64,000 bases of DNA from Leucoraja erinacea (GCF_028641065.1 NC_073414.1:2480001-2544000), one strand, 5' to 3'. Positions 1-11,621 are shown, counted from the stretch's first letter. Numbers and translations are program-made. Notes: generated by a model from the sequence alone, not told the origin.

Positions 1-972
1 CATGGATAGGTGATGTTTCGGGTCGGGGACCCTTTTTCAGAATCCATGTTGATATGGTATGTATATGTACCTATGGTCGACTCAGTCCACGCAAACCAGC
101 GATTACACTAGCGACAATATACAGAGGCCGACTAACCTACAAACCCGCACGTCTTTGGGATGTGGGGAGAAACCGGAGAAAACCCACGCGGTCACAGGGA
201 GAACGTACAAACTCCGTACAGACAGCAGCTGTGGTCAGGATTAAACCCGGGTCACTGGCGCTGTACGGTGGCAATCCTCTCTACCCGCTGCGCCACCGTG
301 TGTGTTATGGATGAGCAATATTTAAACAGCAAGCTTCTGTTGCAACCACATTTCAGAATGTCACGGGAGGGTAAGTCGACTGAGACCTGTCTCGTTACCC
401 GATGTTACGAATGACAAGGCAGGACAGGAGTCCTTGAGAGAGCAGGCTGTCTTTGTTTGTGAAGGTCATAATTGTATGGGTTCTGTATCNNNNNNNNNNN
501 NNNNNNNNNNNNNNNNNNNNNNNNNNNNNNNNNNNNNNNNNNNNNNNNNNNNNNNNNNNNNNNNNNNNNNNNNNNNNNNNNNNNNNNNNNNNNNNNNNNN
601 NNNNNNNNNNNNNNNNNNNNNNNNNNNNNNNNNNNNNNNNNNNNNNNNNNNNNNNNNNNNNNNNNNNNNNNNNNNNNNNNNNNNNNNNNNNNNNNNNNNT
701 AGTGGCATGAATATTGATTTCACTAACATTGTAACCCTTGCATTCCCTCTCTCTCCATCCCTCCCCCACCACAGTCAAACCAGCTTCAAAGTAGTCTTTG
801 TCGAGTCTCATTGCCTAAACTCGTTCTCACCAAGCAAACAATGTCCAAGAAGGGACNNNNNNNNNNNNNNNNNNNNNNNNNNNNNNNNNNNNNNNNNNNN
901 NNNNNNNNNNNNNNNNNNNNNNNNNNNNNNNNNNNNNNNNNNNNNNNNNNNNNNNNTTCCTAAGTTTTACAG

Positions 973-1016
973 GTCATGGCAAAACGAGGATTGGCCCAGG
1001 GTTCGAGTTCCCACAT
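973..1016 (+). CDS. ITPK1: ITPK1-like exon (KTR exon, 44 bp)
   Basis: tttacag|...|gtgagt. Reads HGKTRIGPGFEFPH in phase with the next exon; equivalent to human ICKTRVAHGTNSHE. Lies next to an N gap. Confidence 0.6.
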
Positions 1017-1063
1017 GTGAGTAGAGGAAAACCACACTATGGCCCTGCGCACATTCACAGTTA

Positions 1064-1288
1064 TGCCCCGTCCCACTTAGGAAACCTGAACGGAACCTCT
1101 GGAGACTTTGCGCCCCACCCAAGGTTTCCCGGTGCGGTTCCCGGAGGTTTTTGTCAGTCTCCCCTACCTGCTTCCACTACCTGCAACCTCCGGCAACCAC
1201 CTGCAACCTCCGGGAACCGCACGGAAACCTTGGGTGGGGCGCAAAGTCTCCAGAGGTTTCCGTTCAGGTTTCCTAAGTGGACAGGGCA
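1064..1288. mobile_element. PIF/Harbinger-type MITE
   Basis: Long terminal inverted repeats (TGCCCCGTCCCACTTAGGAAACC...GGTTTCCTAAGTGGACAGGGCA) with TTA on both sides. Confidence 0.75.
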
Positions 1289-2122
1289 TTACTTACCCAG
1301 GCAACCTTCCTCAATCTTCCCCCGTGCTAAATGAGCTCAGTGGATGTGGAGAGGATGTTTCCACTAGTGGGAGAGCCTAAGAGTTTAGTTTAGAGATACA
1401 GCGTGGAAACAGGCCCTTCGGCCCACCGAGTCCGTGCTGACTCGCGATCCCAAGCTTTAGCGCGATCCTATGTTATTGTTACATACATACCCCGTACAGA
1501 CAGCACCTGTAGTCAGGATTAACTCGTGTCCCTGGCGCTGTGAGGCAGCAACTTCTCGCTGAGCCACCGTGCCCCCTCTGAAGGACGTTGCTTTAGGAAG
1601 ATGAGGAGGAATTTCTTTAGTCAGAGGGTGGTGAATCTGTGGAATCCTTTGCCAGAGAAGGCTGTGGAGGCCAAGTCAATGAATATTTTTAATGCAGAGA
1701 TAGACAGATTCTTGATTAGTACGGGTGTCAGGAGTTACAGGGAGAAGGCAGGAGAATGGGGTTAGGAGGAAGAGATGATTGAATGGTGGAGTAGACTTGA
1801 TGGGCCAAATGGCCTAATTCTGCCTTTGTCACACGAACTTATGTGCCCTTTTAGCCATGGGTGAACCATTACAGGATGAACAGCAGAAGTTCCAGAAGCT
1901 GGCATAGTCTAGATGGGACGAATGGCCTTCAATGTTATGAAATATGATGAGGTGGCTCATCTCACAGGGCAGTTTGGGATGAACAGTAAAATGTCTACAA
2001 TTCCAGATATCCCCCCCCCCCCAAAAAAAAAATGTGTCTGTGGATTTGAATGTTTGATGTGCAGATTGGCCCCACGTTGACTGATCATGCTCATATTTGT
2101 GAGTATCGACTTGTATCGATTG

Positions 2123-2380
2123 GGAAAACATTTTCCACACAGAGAGTGGTGAATCTGTGGAACTCTCTGCCACAGAAGGTAGTTGAGGCCAGTTCATTGG
2201 TTATATTTAAGAGGGAGTTAGATGTGGCCCTTGTGGCTAAAGGGATCAGGGGGTATGGAGAGAAGGCAGGTACAGGATACTGAGTTGGATGATCAGCCAT
2301 GATCATATCGAATGGCGAATGGTGCAGGCTCGAAGGGCCGAATGGCCTCTACTCCTGCACCTATTTTCTATGTTTCTATG
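2123..2380 (+). mobile_element. CR1 LINE 3' end
   Basis: FSTQRVVNLWNSLP RT C-terminus, conserved 3'UTR and (TTTCTATG)n tail. Confidence 0.85.
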
Positions 2381-2409
2381 TAAAAATGCAGGTTCCTATT
2401 TTTCCGCAG

Positions 2410-2575
2410 ATGGCCCTTATCTTCAGTGAAGATGGCTTGCGGGACATCAGTCTTCCCTGTGTGATACAGAGTTTCATCAATCACAACGCTGTCCTCTACA
2501 AGGTCTTTGTGGTCGGGCATTCACACTTTGTGGTTAAGAGGCCATCTCTGAAGAACTTTTCAATTGGAAAATCAG
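2410..2575 (+). CDS. ITPK1: ITPK1-like exon (166 bp)
   Basis: ttccgcag|ATG...TCAG|gttagt. MALIFSEDGLRDISLPCVIQSFINHNAVLYKVFVVGHSHFVVKRPSLKNFSIGKS. Confidence 0.93.
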
Positions 2576-3579
2576 GTTAGTTCATTCAGCTGGTCTGATG
2601 TAATTCAATAGACAATAGGTGCAGGAGGAGGCCATTTGGCCCTTCGAGCCAGCACCGCCATCCAATGTGATCATGGCTGATCATCCCCAATCAGTACCCC
2701 GTTCCTGCCTTCTCCCCATATACCCTGACTCCGCTATTTTTAACAGCCCTATCTAGCTCTCTCTTGAAAGCATCCAGAGAACCAGCCTCCACCGCCCTCT
2801 GAGGCAGAGAATTCCACAGACTCAACACTCTCTGTTTCCTCGTCTCCGTTCTAAATGGCTTACTTCATATTCTTAAACTGTGTGTGGCCCCTGGTTCTGG
2901 ACTCCCCCAACATCGGTAACATGTTTCCTGCCTCTAGCATGTCCAAGCCCTTAATAATCGTATATGTTTCAATGAGATACCTTCTCATCCTTCTAAACTC
3001 CAGAGTGTACAAGCCCAGCCGCTCCATTCACTCAGCATATGACAGTCCCGCCATCCCGGGAATTAACCTTGTATTCGCCGTTGTTGTTGAGATGATGTGG
3101 TTTCAATAGGCTGGGTCTCTATTCCCTGGAGCGCAGGAGGAATTGGGGGTGATGTTATAGAGGTGTACAAAATCATGAGAGGAATAGATCTGGGAGACAG
3201 ACTCACAGAGTCTCTTGCCCAGAGTAGGGGAATCGAGGACCAGAGGACACAGGTTCAAGGTGAAGGGGAAAAGATTTAATAGGAATCTGAGGGGTAACTT
3301 TTTCACATAGAGGGTGGTGGGTGTATGGAACGAGCTGCCAGATGAGGTAGTTGAGGCAGGGACCATCCCAACATTTAAGAAACAGTTAGACAGGTACATG
3401 GATAGTACAGGTTTGGAGGGATATGGACCAAACGCAGGCAGGTGGGACTAGTGTAGCTGGGACATGTTGGTCGGTGTGGGCAAGTTGGGCTGAAGGGCCT
3501 GTTTCCATGCTGTATCACTCTGTGACTCCATGTGTGTGTGAGTCTTCCACGTTAGGTTTAGGTTCATTATTGTCACTGG

Positions 3580-3870
3580 GGTGGCACAGCGGTAGAGTTG
3601 CTGCCTCACAGCGCCAGAGACCCAGGTTTGATCCTCACTACGGGTGCTGTCTGTACGGAGTTTGCACGTTCTCCCCCTGACCCTGTAGGTTTTCTCCGGG
3701 TGCTCCGGTTTCCTCCCACACTCCAAAGACGTGCAGGCTGGTAGGTGAATTGGCTTCGGTAAAAATTGTAAATTGTCTCTAATGTATAGGATAGTGTTAA
3801 TGTACGGGAATCACTGGTCAGCACGGATCGGTGGGCCGAAGGGCCTGTTTCTGCACTGTAATGTCTAAAG
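3580..3870 (+). mobile_element. tRNA-derived V-SINE (HE1-like)
   Basis: A/B-box head GGTGGCACAGCGGTAGAG...GTTTGATCC, V-core GGAGTTTGCACGTTCTCCCC, CR1-like tail. Many similar copies (e.g. 5238-5505, 7053-7250, 12620-12910, 28685-28985, 44950-45170, 58790-59050, 60885-61140). Confidence 0.8.
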
Positions 3871-4253
3871 TCTAGAGTGTACCAAGGCACAGTGACAAGC
3901 TTTATGTTGTATGCTATACAAAGAGATATACCAGATATACCATAGATTCACGTCAAACTCAAGTACAGTGTATAGAACAAAGGGGAAGTGCAGAGAATAG
4001 TTCTCACCATTGTACCGCAACTGTTCCTTAGACAAAGGCCGATGCCCTTATTGGGGACGTTAGAATTGAACGCACGTCTTTGTCGTGTGGGAGGAAACCG
4101 GAGCATCCGGGAAAACTCGCGGGGAGAACGTACATAGAAACATAGACAATAGGTGCAGGAGTAGGCCATTCGGCCCTTCGAACCTGCACCGCCATTCAAT
4201 ATGATCATGGCTGATCATCCAACTCAGTATCCTGTACCTGCCTTCTCTCCCTA

Positions 4254-4387
4254 CCACAAAGACCTTGTAGAGGACAGCGTTGTGATTGATGAAACTCTGT
4301 ATCACACAGGGAAGACTGATGTCCCGCTAGCCATCTTCACTGAAGATAAGGGCCATCTGCGGAAAAATAGGAACCTGCATTTTTACA
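4254..4387 (-). pseudogene. Inverted partial copy of ITPK1-like exon 2410-2513 with its acceptor
   Basis: Reverse complement of about 2380-2513 with TTG>TAG, sandwiched between CR1 3' ends. Confidence 0.9.
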
Positions 4388-5112
4388 GAAACATAGACAA
4401 TAGGTGCAGGAGTAGGCCATTCGGCCCTTCGAGCCTGCACCATTCCATTCGATATGATCATGGCTGATCATCCAACTCGGTATCCTGTACCTGCCTTTTC
4501 TCCATACCCCCTGATCCCTTTAGCCACAAGGGCCACATCTAACTCCCTCTTAAATATAGCCAATGAACTGTGTGGCCTCAACTACCTTCTGTGGCAGAGA
4601 ATTCCACAGATTCACCACTCTCTGTGTGAAAAATGTTTTTCTCATCTCGGTCCTAAAAGATTTCCCCCTTATCCTTAAACTGTGTGACCCCTTGTTCTGG
4701 ACTTCCCCAACATCGTGAACAATCTTCCTGCATCTAGCCTGTCCAACCCCTTAAGAATTTTGTACGTTTCTATAAGAAACTCCGTACAGACTCCGTACAG
4801 ACAGCATCCCATAGTTGGGATCGAACCTGGGTCTCTGGCGCCGTGAGGCAGCAACTCTACCGCTGCGCCACCGTGCAGCCATGTGCAGTGGGGTTGAAGA
4901 ATTTGTTAGGACTATGTTATTCTTGAACCTGGAGGTGGGGCTCCTGTACCTTCTAATAAGATGCTCTTGACCATCTGACCTCTCTTGATGTGTGGCTTGG
5001 TGTCTGACTGTAGCTGAGAGCAGGCGTGGGCCAATCTGTGGGTGGTTTAACAAGCGTGGTGGTGCGGAGGAAGAGGGGAGAAGATGGTTACATTTGGCTT
5101 TTTCTTCCACAG

Positions 5113-5180
5113 ATCGGCAAACTATATTTTTTAATAGCCACGAGGTTTCGAAGCCGGAATCCTGCTCTCACCTGACGGAG
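5113..5180 (+). CDS. ITPK1: ITPK1-like exon (68 bp)
   Basis: ttccacag|...|gtaagt. DRQTIFFNSHEVSKPESCSHLTE, compare human DRESIFFNSHNVSKPESSSVLTE. Confidence 0.93.
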
Positions 5181-6284
5181 GTAAGTCGGGGAATTTCCCA
5201 GTGTCCGATGGAGACTCTTTCTCAGTCTCATCTCTGCGGGTAGAGCTGCTGCCTCACAGCGCCAGAGACCCGGGTTCGATCCTGACTACGGGTGCTGTCT
5301 GTACGGAGTTTGCACGTTCTCGTCGTGACCTGCGTGGGTTTTCTCTGGGTGCTCCGGTTTCCTCCCACACCCCAAACACGTGCAGGTTTGTAGGTTTAAT
5401 TGGCTTGGTATAGATGTAAATTGTCCCTAGTGTGTGTAGGATAGTGTTAGTGTGCGGGGATCGCTGGTCGGCACGGACCCGGTGGGCCGAAGGGCCTGTT
5501 TCCATGAACTAAATTAAATTAAACTCTAATCTAAAAGACAGGCATTAAATTCTCACCAAAATTCAACCAATATTTAAAAACTGATTTCCCCCTTGTTGCT
5601 GTAGGCTGGCATTGGAATGCAGCGAGTTTGATCCTGACCTCGGGTGCTGTCCATGTGGAGTTTGCACGTTCTCCCTGGGACCGTGTTGGTTTTCTCCGGG
5701 TGCCCTGGTTTCCTCCCACTTCCCAAAAACGCGCGGGTTTATAGAATAATTGTCCCCGAATGTGTCGCAAGAAGATCAGAAAATGGGAAACTAGTGGGAA
5801 TGGGTGTGTAGGGATATAGTGTGGAAACAGGCCCTTCAGCCCATCCAGTCCATGGTGACCAGCGATCACCTGCATACACTCATAAGGTCATAAGGAATAG
5901 GAGTAGAATTAGGCCATTCGGCCCATCAAGTCTACTCCGCCATTCAGTCATGGCTAATCTATATCTCTCCTGCCTTCTCCTCATAACCCCTGACACCCGC
6001 ACTAATCAAGAATCTATCTAACTCTGCCTTAAATATATCCACTGACTTGGCCTCCACAGCCGTCTGTGGCAACGAATTCCACAGATTCACCACCCTCTGA
6101 CTAAAGACATTTCTCCTCATCTCCTTCCTGAAAGATACTAGTTCAACCGTACACACTGGGGATAATTTACAGCAGCCACTTAAGCTGCAAACCTTTGTCT
6201 CTGATGCTTCCCTCAATAGCCCTTGCCGTTTACCCTGGATTCCATGCATCATATTGCCCTGTTCCTGTCTCTTTCTTTCTGCAG

Positions 6285-6447
6285 AGGGATGAATGGGGGG
6301 AGCAGTCTAGCGGCCCGTCAGACAGGATCATTCAGTCCATCATCCGATGTCTGCAGGTGTCGCTTGGGTTGTCCCTATTTGGCGTAGATGTCATAATCGA
6401 CAGCAAGACTGGGAAGCTGGCCATCATTGACATCAACGCCTTCCCAG
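6285..6447 (+). CDS. ITPK1: ITPK1-like exon (163 bp)
   Basis: ttctgcag|...|gtttgt. ...PSDRIIQSIIRCLQVSLGLSLFGVDVIIDSKTGKLAIIDINAFP. Confidence 0.93.
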
Positions 6448-6585
6448 GTTTGTTCCCCGTCCCAGTCCCCCTGGGCTGTGTGGCCCCCCCCCCAATACTT
6501 GCCGCTGACTCGAACGCACGCAACCAAAGCCTTTCACTGACCCTCCGTTTCTGGAATCTGAGGGGTAACTATTTCACACAAGGGT

Positions 6586-7047
6586 GTCTTGTCTTATGAA
6601 GAAAGACTGGATAGACTTGGTTTATACTCTCTAGAATTTAGAAGATTGAGGGGCGATCTTATAGAAACTTACAAAATTCTTAAGGGGTTGGACAGGCTAG
6701 ATGCAGGAAGATTGTTCCCGATGTTGGGGAAGTCCAGGACAAGGAGTCACAGCTTAAGGATAAGGGGGAAATCCTTTAAAACCGAGATGAGAAGAACTTT
6801 TTTCACACAGGGAGTGGTGAATCTCTGGAACTCTCTGCCACAGAGGGTAGTTGAGGCCACAGTTCATTGGCTATATTTAAGAGGGAGTTAGATGTGGCCC
6901 TTGTGGCCAAGGGGATCAGAGGGTATGGAGAGAAGGCAGGTACGGGATACTGAGTTGGATGATCAGCCATGATCATATTAAATGGCGGTGCAGGCTCGAA
7001 GGGCCGAATGGCCTCTACTCCTGCACACCTAATTTCTATGTTTCTAT
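6586..7047 (+). mobile_element. CR1 LINE 3' fragment
   Basis: SYEERLDRLGLYSLEFRRLRGDLIETYKI...NLWNSLP plus 3'UTR and tail. Confidence 0.9.
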
Positions 7048-7406
7048 GTCTCACGGTGGCACAGCGGTAGAGTTGCTGCCTCACAGCGCCGGAGACCCGG
7101 GTTCGATCCCGACTACGGGCGCCGTCTGTACGGAGTTTGCACGGTCTCCCCGTGGCTTTTCTCCGAGATCTTCGGTTTCCTCCCATACTCCAAAGACGTA
7201 CAGGTTTGTAGGTTAGACGGCTTGGTGTAAATGTAAAATAAATTGTCCCTTAGAATACAAGAAAAAGCTTTTTGCTCAACACATGAAAATTTAAAACCAA
7301 ACGAAACTCTTCGACCGCCAATATTTTCAACTGGCGAGCCATTTTCAGATGGGACACTTAATCTTTGTCTTTGCTCTCTCCCTTTGCCCCCCTCCGCATC
7401 CAACAG

Positions 7407-7636
7407 GATATGAGGATGTTCCCGAATTTTTCGAGGCCCTGTTGGACCACGTTGAGACGTTGCTGCTGGAACAGGATGGAGAAGGGAACAGCGACGCTGG
7501 GAATTCCGGAGACGGGCAGCAGGTTCCTCGGCTCCGATGCCAGATACCCCTGGACACCCCACGGAGGGACTTGGCCCCCAGGAGTCGGGCAAGGGAGACC
7601 TGGGTGGCAGAAGGCGGCACGGTGGCGCAGCGGTAG
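7407..7636 (+). CDS. ITPK1: ITPK1-like terminal coding exon
   Basis: caacag|GA TAT GAG. GYEDVPEFFEALLDHVETLL..., compare human GYEGVSEFFTDLLNHI. The frame ends at TAG 7634-7636 inside a SINE. Confidence 0.82.
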
Positions 7637-7890
7637 AGTCGCTGCCTCCCAGAGGCCCTGGTTCGAACCTGACTACGGGCGCTGTCTGTACGGAGTTTGC
7701 ACGTTCTCCCCGTGACTTTTCTCCCGTTTCCTCCCACACTCCAACGACGCACAGGTTTGCAGGTTAATTGTTTTGTGGTGAAATTGTAAAAATTCTCTCT
7801 GATGTATAGGATAGCATTAATATATGTGGTCGGCACGGACTCGGTGGGCCGAAGGGCCTGTTTCCACGCTGTATGTCTAAAGTTTAAAGT
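7613..7890 (+). mobile_element. V-SINE overlapping the ITPK1-like stop codon
   Basis: GGCGGCACGGTGGCGCAGCGGTAGAG head, with core and tail as in other copies. Confidence 0.85.
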
Positions 7891-8741
7891 CTATAAAGTT
7901 TGAAGAAGTTTTTGTGTGCTCAACATATTACTGTAGATACATGTCTTTTTTCAATACAAATATTTTTTTGTTTTCCGGGCATTGGGAAGTTTGGAGTGGG
8001 ACTTTTCACTTGAAGGACTTCATTCTGGTCGTAGCAACAAGTTCAGTTCAATTACGTTACAATTACAGCGAGTTACAGTGAAAAGCTTTTGTTGCGGGCG
8101 AAGAACTGCAGATGCCGGTTAAAAAACACAAAGTGCTGGAGTAACTCAGACAGCATCTCCCACAACATGTCTTTGGGACTTGTTGGCAGGGAGTGACTAA
8201 GTGTATATGAGAAATTCGCATTTCTATAAGAGAAACATAGAAAATAGGTGCAGGAGGAGGCCATTCGGCCCTTCGAGCCAGCACCGCCATTCATTGTGAT
8301 CATGGCTGATCGTCCCCTATCAATAACCCGTGCCTGCCTTCTCCCCATATCCCTTGACTCCACCAGCCCCTAGAGCTCTATCTAACTCTCTTAAATCCAT
8401 CCAGTGGCTTGGTCTCCACTGTGCCCTCTGTGGCAGGGAATTCCATAAATGCTGGAGTGACTCAGTGGGTCAAGAGCATTTGTGGAGAGCAAGAATAGGC
8501 GGCCTTCTGGATCTGGACCCTGCTTCAGACTGAATTATCAATTTGGCAACCTGGAACATTGTTGATCCATGTTCCACGGAGATGCTGCCTGATCTGCTGA
8601 GTTACTCCAGCATTCTGTTTCTTTAGTAAACCAGCATCTGCAGTTCCTTGTTTCATGATTCAAGAGACTTTATTGTCATGTGTCCCTGATAGGACAATGA
8701 CATTCTTGCTTTGTTTTAGCACAACAGAACATAGTAAACAT

Positions 8742-8923
8742 GAAGGTTACACAAAAAAGCTGGAGAAACTCAGCGGGTGCAGCAGCATCTATGGAGCGAA
8801 GGAAATAGGCAACGTTTCGGGACGAAACCCGGAAGGGTTTCGTCCCGAAACGTTGCCTATTTCCTTCGCTCCATAGATGCTGCTGCACCCGCTGAGTTTC
8901 TCCAGCTTTTTTGTGTAACCTTC
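8742..8923. repeat. Perfect 89-bp-arm palindrome of Penelope pLTR-derived sequence
   Basis: Arms 8742-8830 and 8835-8923, loop GGAA. Confidence 0.85.
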
Positions 8924-9997
8924 GATTCTCCAGCATCTGCAGTTCCCTCTTAAACATAGTAACATGAATACTTGTTCTGTATTTCTATAATGTTAACACT
9001 AATGCCCTGTAGCTAATGAAGAACTATTGGTGAGGGGAGAGAGTTTGGGGGGGGGGGGGGCGAGAGAGACTTGGAGGGGAGATAGTGGTGGATAGGGTGG
9101 AGGGGGGGGGTGGGGAAGTGGAGGGGAAGAGACACAGAGGACTACAGAGAAATAGGAAGGGAACTTGTGTAGAGGTTCCACAGCGAGCTGGCAGGAACTC
9201 GATGGGCCGAATGGCCTTGTGCATTGGTGGTGCAGGGCAGCCTTGCCTGAAAGTAACCCAGACAGTGTGGTGATTCCAGAGCAAGACTTTATTATCTCAC
9301 AAATATTGTGTGTAAATACAGTAAAACGGTGAACCCAAACTGTGCGACTGACTGCGACTCAAACGCCTCAGGCACCTTTGGGAATGCACGATACTCAATT
9401 ATCATGGCAACCAATGCAAAATGCTCAAAAAATACATAATAATTAACCATAATGAGACAAGTATGGTTTCCAGAAAAGAGCATATTAATATAACAGTCCA
9501 AGTGTGGCAATGTCATTCAATCAATGAATGCTACGACTGTTTTATTATTGTCTTATGTACCGAGATACAATGAAATCTGTTTTTTTGCAGACATAGAAAC
9601 ACAGAAAATAGGTGCAGGAGTAGAGGCCATTCGGCCCTTCGAGCCAGCACCGCCATTCAATATGATCATGGCTGATCATCCCCTATCAGTACCCCGTTCC
9701 TGCCTTCTCCCCATATCCCTTGATTCCATTAGCCCGAAACTGAAGGGCTAAATCTAACTCTCTCGTGAAAACATCCAGTGAATTGGCCTCCACTGCCTTC
9801 TGTGGCAGAGAATTCCACAGACTCACAACTCTCTGGGTGAAAAGGTTTCTCCTCATCTCAGTCCCAAATGGCCGACCCCTTATTCTTAAACTGTGTGTGA
9901 CCCCTGGTTCTGGACTCCCCCAACATCGGGAATGTTCTTCCTTCACAGTTCAGTACTATACCCTAGTATAGTACCCAAGAACAGCTCCTAGACTGTG

Positions 9998-10468
9998 GAA
10001 CATAGAAACATAGAAATTAGGTGCAGGAGTAGGCCATTCGGCCCTTCGAGCCTGCACCGCCATTCAATATGATCATGGCAGATCATCCAACTCAGTATCC
10101 CGTACCTGCTTTCTCTCCATACCCTCTGATCCCCTTAGCCACAAGGGCCACACCTAACTCCCTCTTAAATATAGCCAATGAACTGTGGCCTCGACTACCC
10201 TCTGCGGCAGAGAGTTCCAGAGATTCACCACTCTCTGTGTGAAAAAAGTTCTTCTCATCTCGGTTTTAAAGGATTTCCCCCTTATCCTTAAGCTGTGACC
10301 CCTTGTCCTGGCCTTCCCCAACATCGGGAGCAATCTTCCTGCATCTAGCCTGTCCAACCCCCTTAAGAAATTGGTAAGTTTCTATAAGATCCCCCCCTCA
10401 ATCTTCTAAATTCTAGAGAGTATAAACCAAGTCTATCCAGTCTTTCTTCATAAGACAGTCCTGACATC
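9998..10468 (-). mobile_element. CR1 LINE 3' fragment
   Basis: Reverse complement of the CR1 RT C-terminus and tail. Confidence 0.85.
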
Positions 10469-10768
10469 CGAGAACAGCATCCCTCTTCCCATCAGAACTG
10501 CCCCCTCCATCTACTCCTTTAAGTCGAGACTTAAAACTCATCTTTACTCCCAAGCCTTTTCTGACGTCCTCTGAGGGAGGGCTATATGTATGTATTTATG
10601 TATGTATTTAATCTATGAACCAATGTTGTATAACGTTAGTACCTCCACCAGTGTAACGCACTTTGGCCAACGAGAGTTGTTTTTTAAATGTGCTATAGAA
10701 ATAAAAGTGACTTGACTCGATTGGATAGCGAGTGAAACAAAGCTGTTAACTCTACCTCAGTACACGTG

Positions 10769-11270
10769 TTCCACCAGCTTGCGATTGCATGCGTCTAGCG
10801 CGACCAAACGTGGTGGCTTGAGGCGTACGGCCTCGCGGGGCCAGTCCCACTTCCAACCGCGGGGCTGGTCCAGACATCATACTCACCAATCAGCTGGGCA
10901 GGAGGCGGGCCGACTGAATTTGGACGTCGGGCGGTGACATCATCGGCCACGGCATGCCGGGCGGTGACATCATCGCGCCACGGCATGCCGGGCGGTGACA
11001 TCATGGCGCAATGCCACGCGCTAGGCGTACGGCGTTGAGACGCTGCGTACGGCCTCAATGCGGCTGTGGGCCGACAGGCCGTTGTCACGTGGAATTTTTG
11101 GACAGTGTTCATTTTGGACGGAGCCCCGCGCGCACGATGTCGGGACCAGCTCCGCACAACTCCATACGGCTCTGGCGATCGAAGTGGGACCGGCCGCGCG
11201 AGGCCGTACGGCTCAAGCAACCTCATTAGCTCGCGCTTGCCGCATGGAGTTGCACGCTGGTGGGACAGGC
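10769..11270. mobile_element. Harbinger-like MITE, GC-rich with an internal short tandem repeat
   Basis: Ends ...TTCCACCAGC and GCTGGTGGGACAGGC(tta). Internal repeat GGGCGGTGACATCAT x3. Confidence 0.55.
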
Positions 11271-11537
11271 TCTTAACTCAAGGACGGGTGTTAAATTGTA
11301 CATTTGCATTCTTTCATTGATGGGATGACATTGCCATTGAGCAGAGGAACACTGACAAGTTGAATAATATACCATGCATCACTGCACCCTGTCCGTGCTC
11401 GGTGAAGCTTTGGACCATAACAGTACACAGCCAGGGAAGGGGATGTCGATGGCGATGGGCTGGTCTACACGTCAACGTAATGGCAGCCATTGTGATGGGA
11501 GGCACTGGCCACCCTTGGGAATGGGAACGAGCGGCTC

Positions 11538-11621
11538 TCAACCCCGCTGGAAGTCCCGCAGTTTGTCCGCCACGTCCTTCAGCTCCCGCTCAATCTCCGC
11601 CAGGTTACTCAGCTCGTGTTC
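11538..11621 (-). CDS. Chromogranin-like last exon (granin signature, serpinin-like)
   Basis: EHELSNLAEIERELKDVADKLRDFQRG*, compare CHGA DQELESLSAIEAELEKVAHQLQALRRG* (both 27 aa). Confidence 0.92.
   Translation of the reverse strand, partial: EHELSNLAEIERELKDVADKLRDFQRG

Larger units (their letters stand above)
973..7636 (+). other. ITPK1: Gene span (partial, 3' half): ITPK1-like inositol-tetrakisphosphate 1-kinase
   Basis: Five phase-compatible GT-AG exons (973-1016, 2410-2575, 5113-5180, 6285-6447, 7407-7636) encode ATP-grasp motifs QSFINHNAVLYKVFVVG, RPSLKNF, FFNSHEVSK, LFGVDVII, IDINAFPGY. Probably a paralogue rather than the 1:1 orthologue. Confidence 0.88.

Noticed and set aside
3580-3655. 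tRNA-like A/B-box sequences (many copies)
   Set aside because: Heads of tRNA-derived SINEs, each followed by SINE core and tail. They are not tRNA genes.
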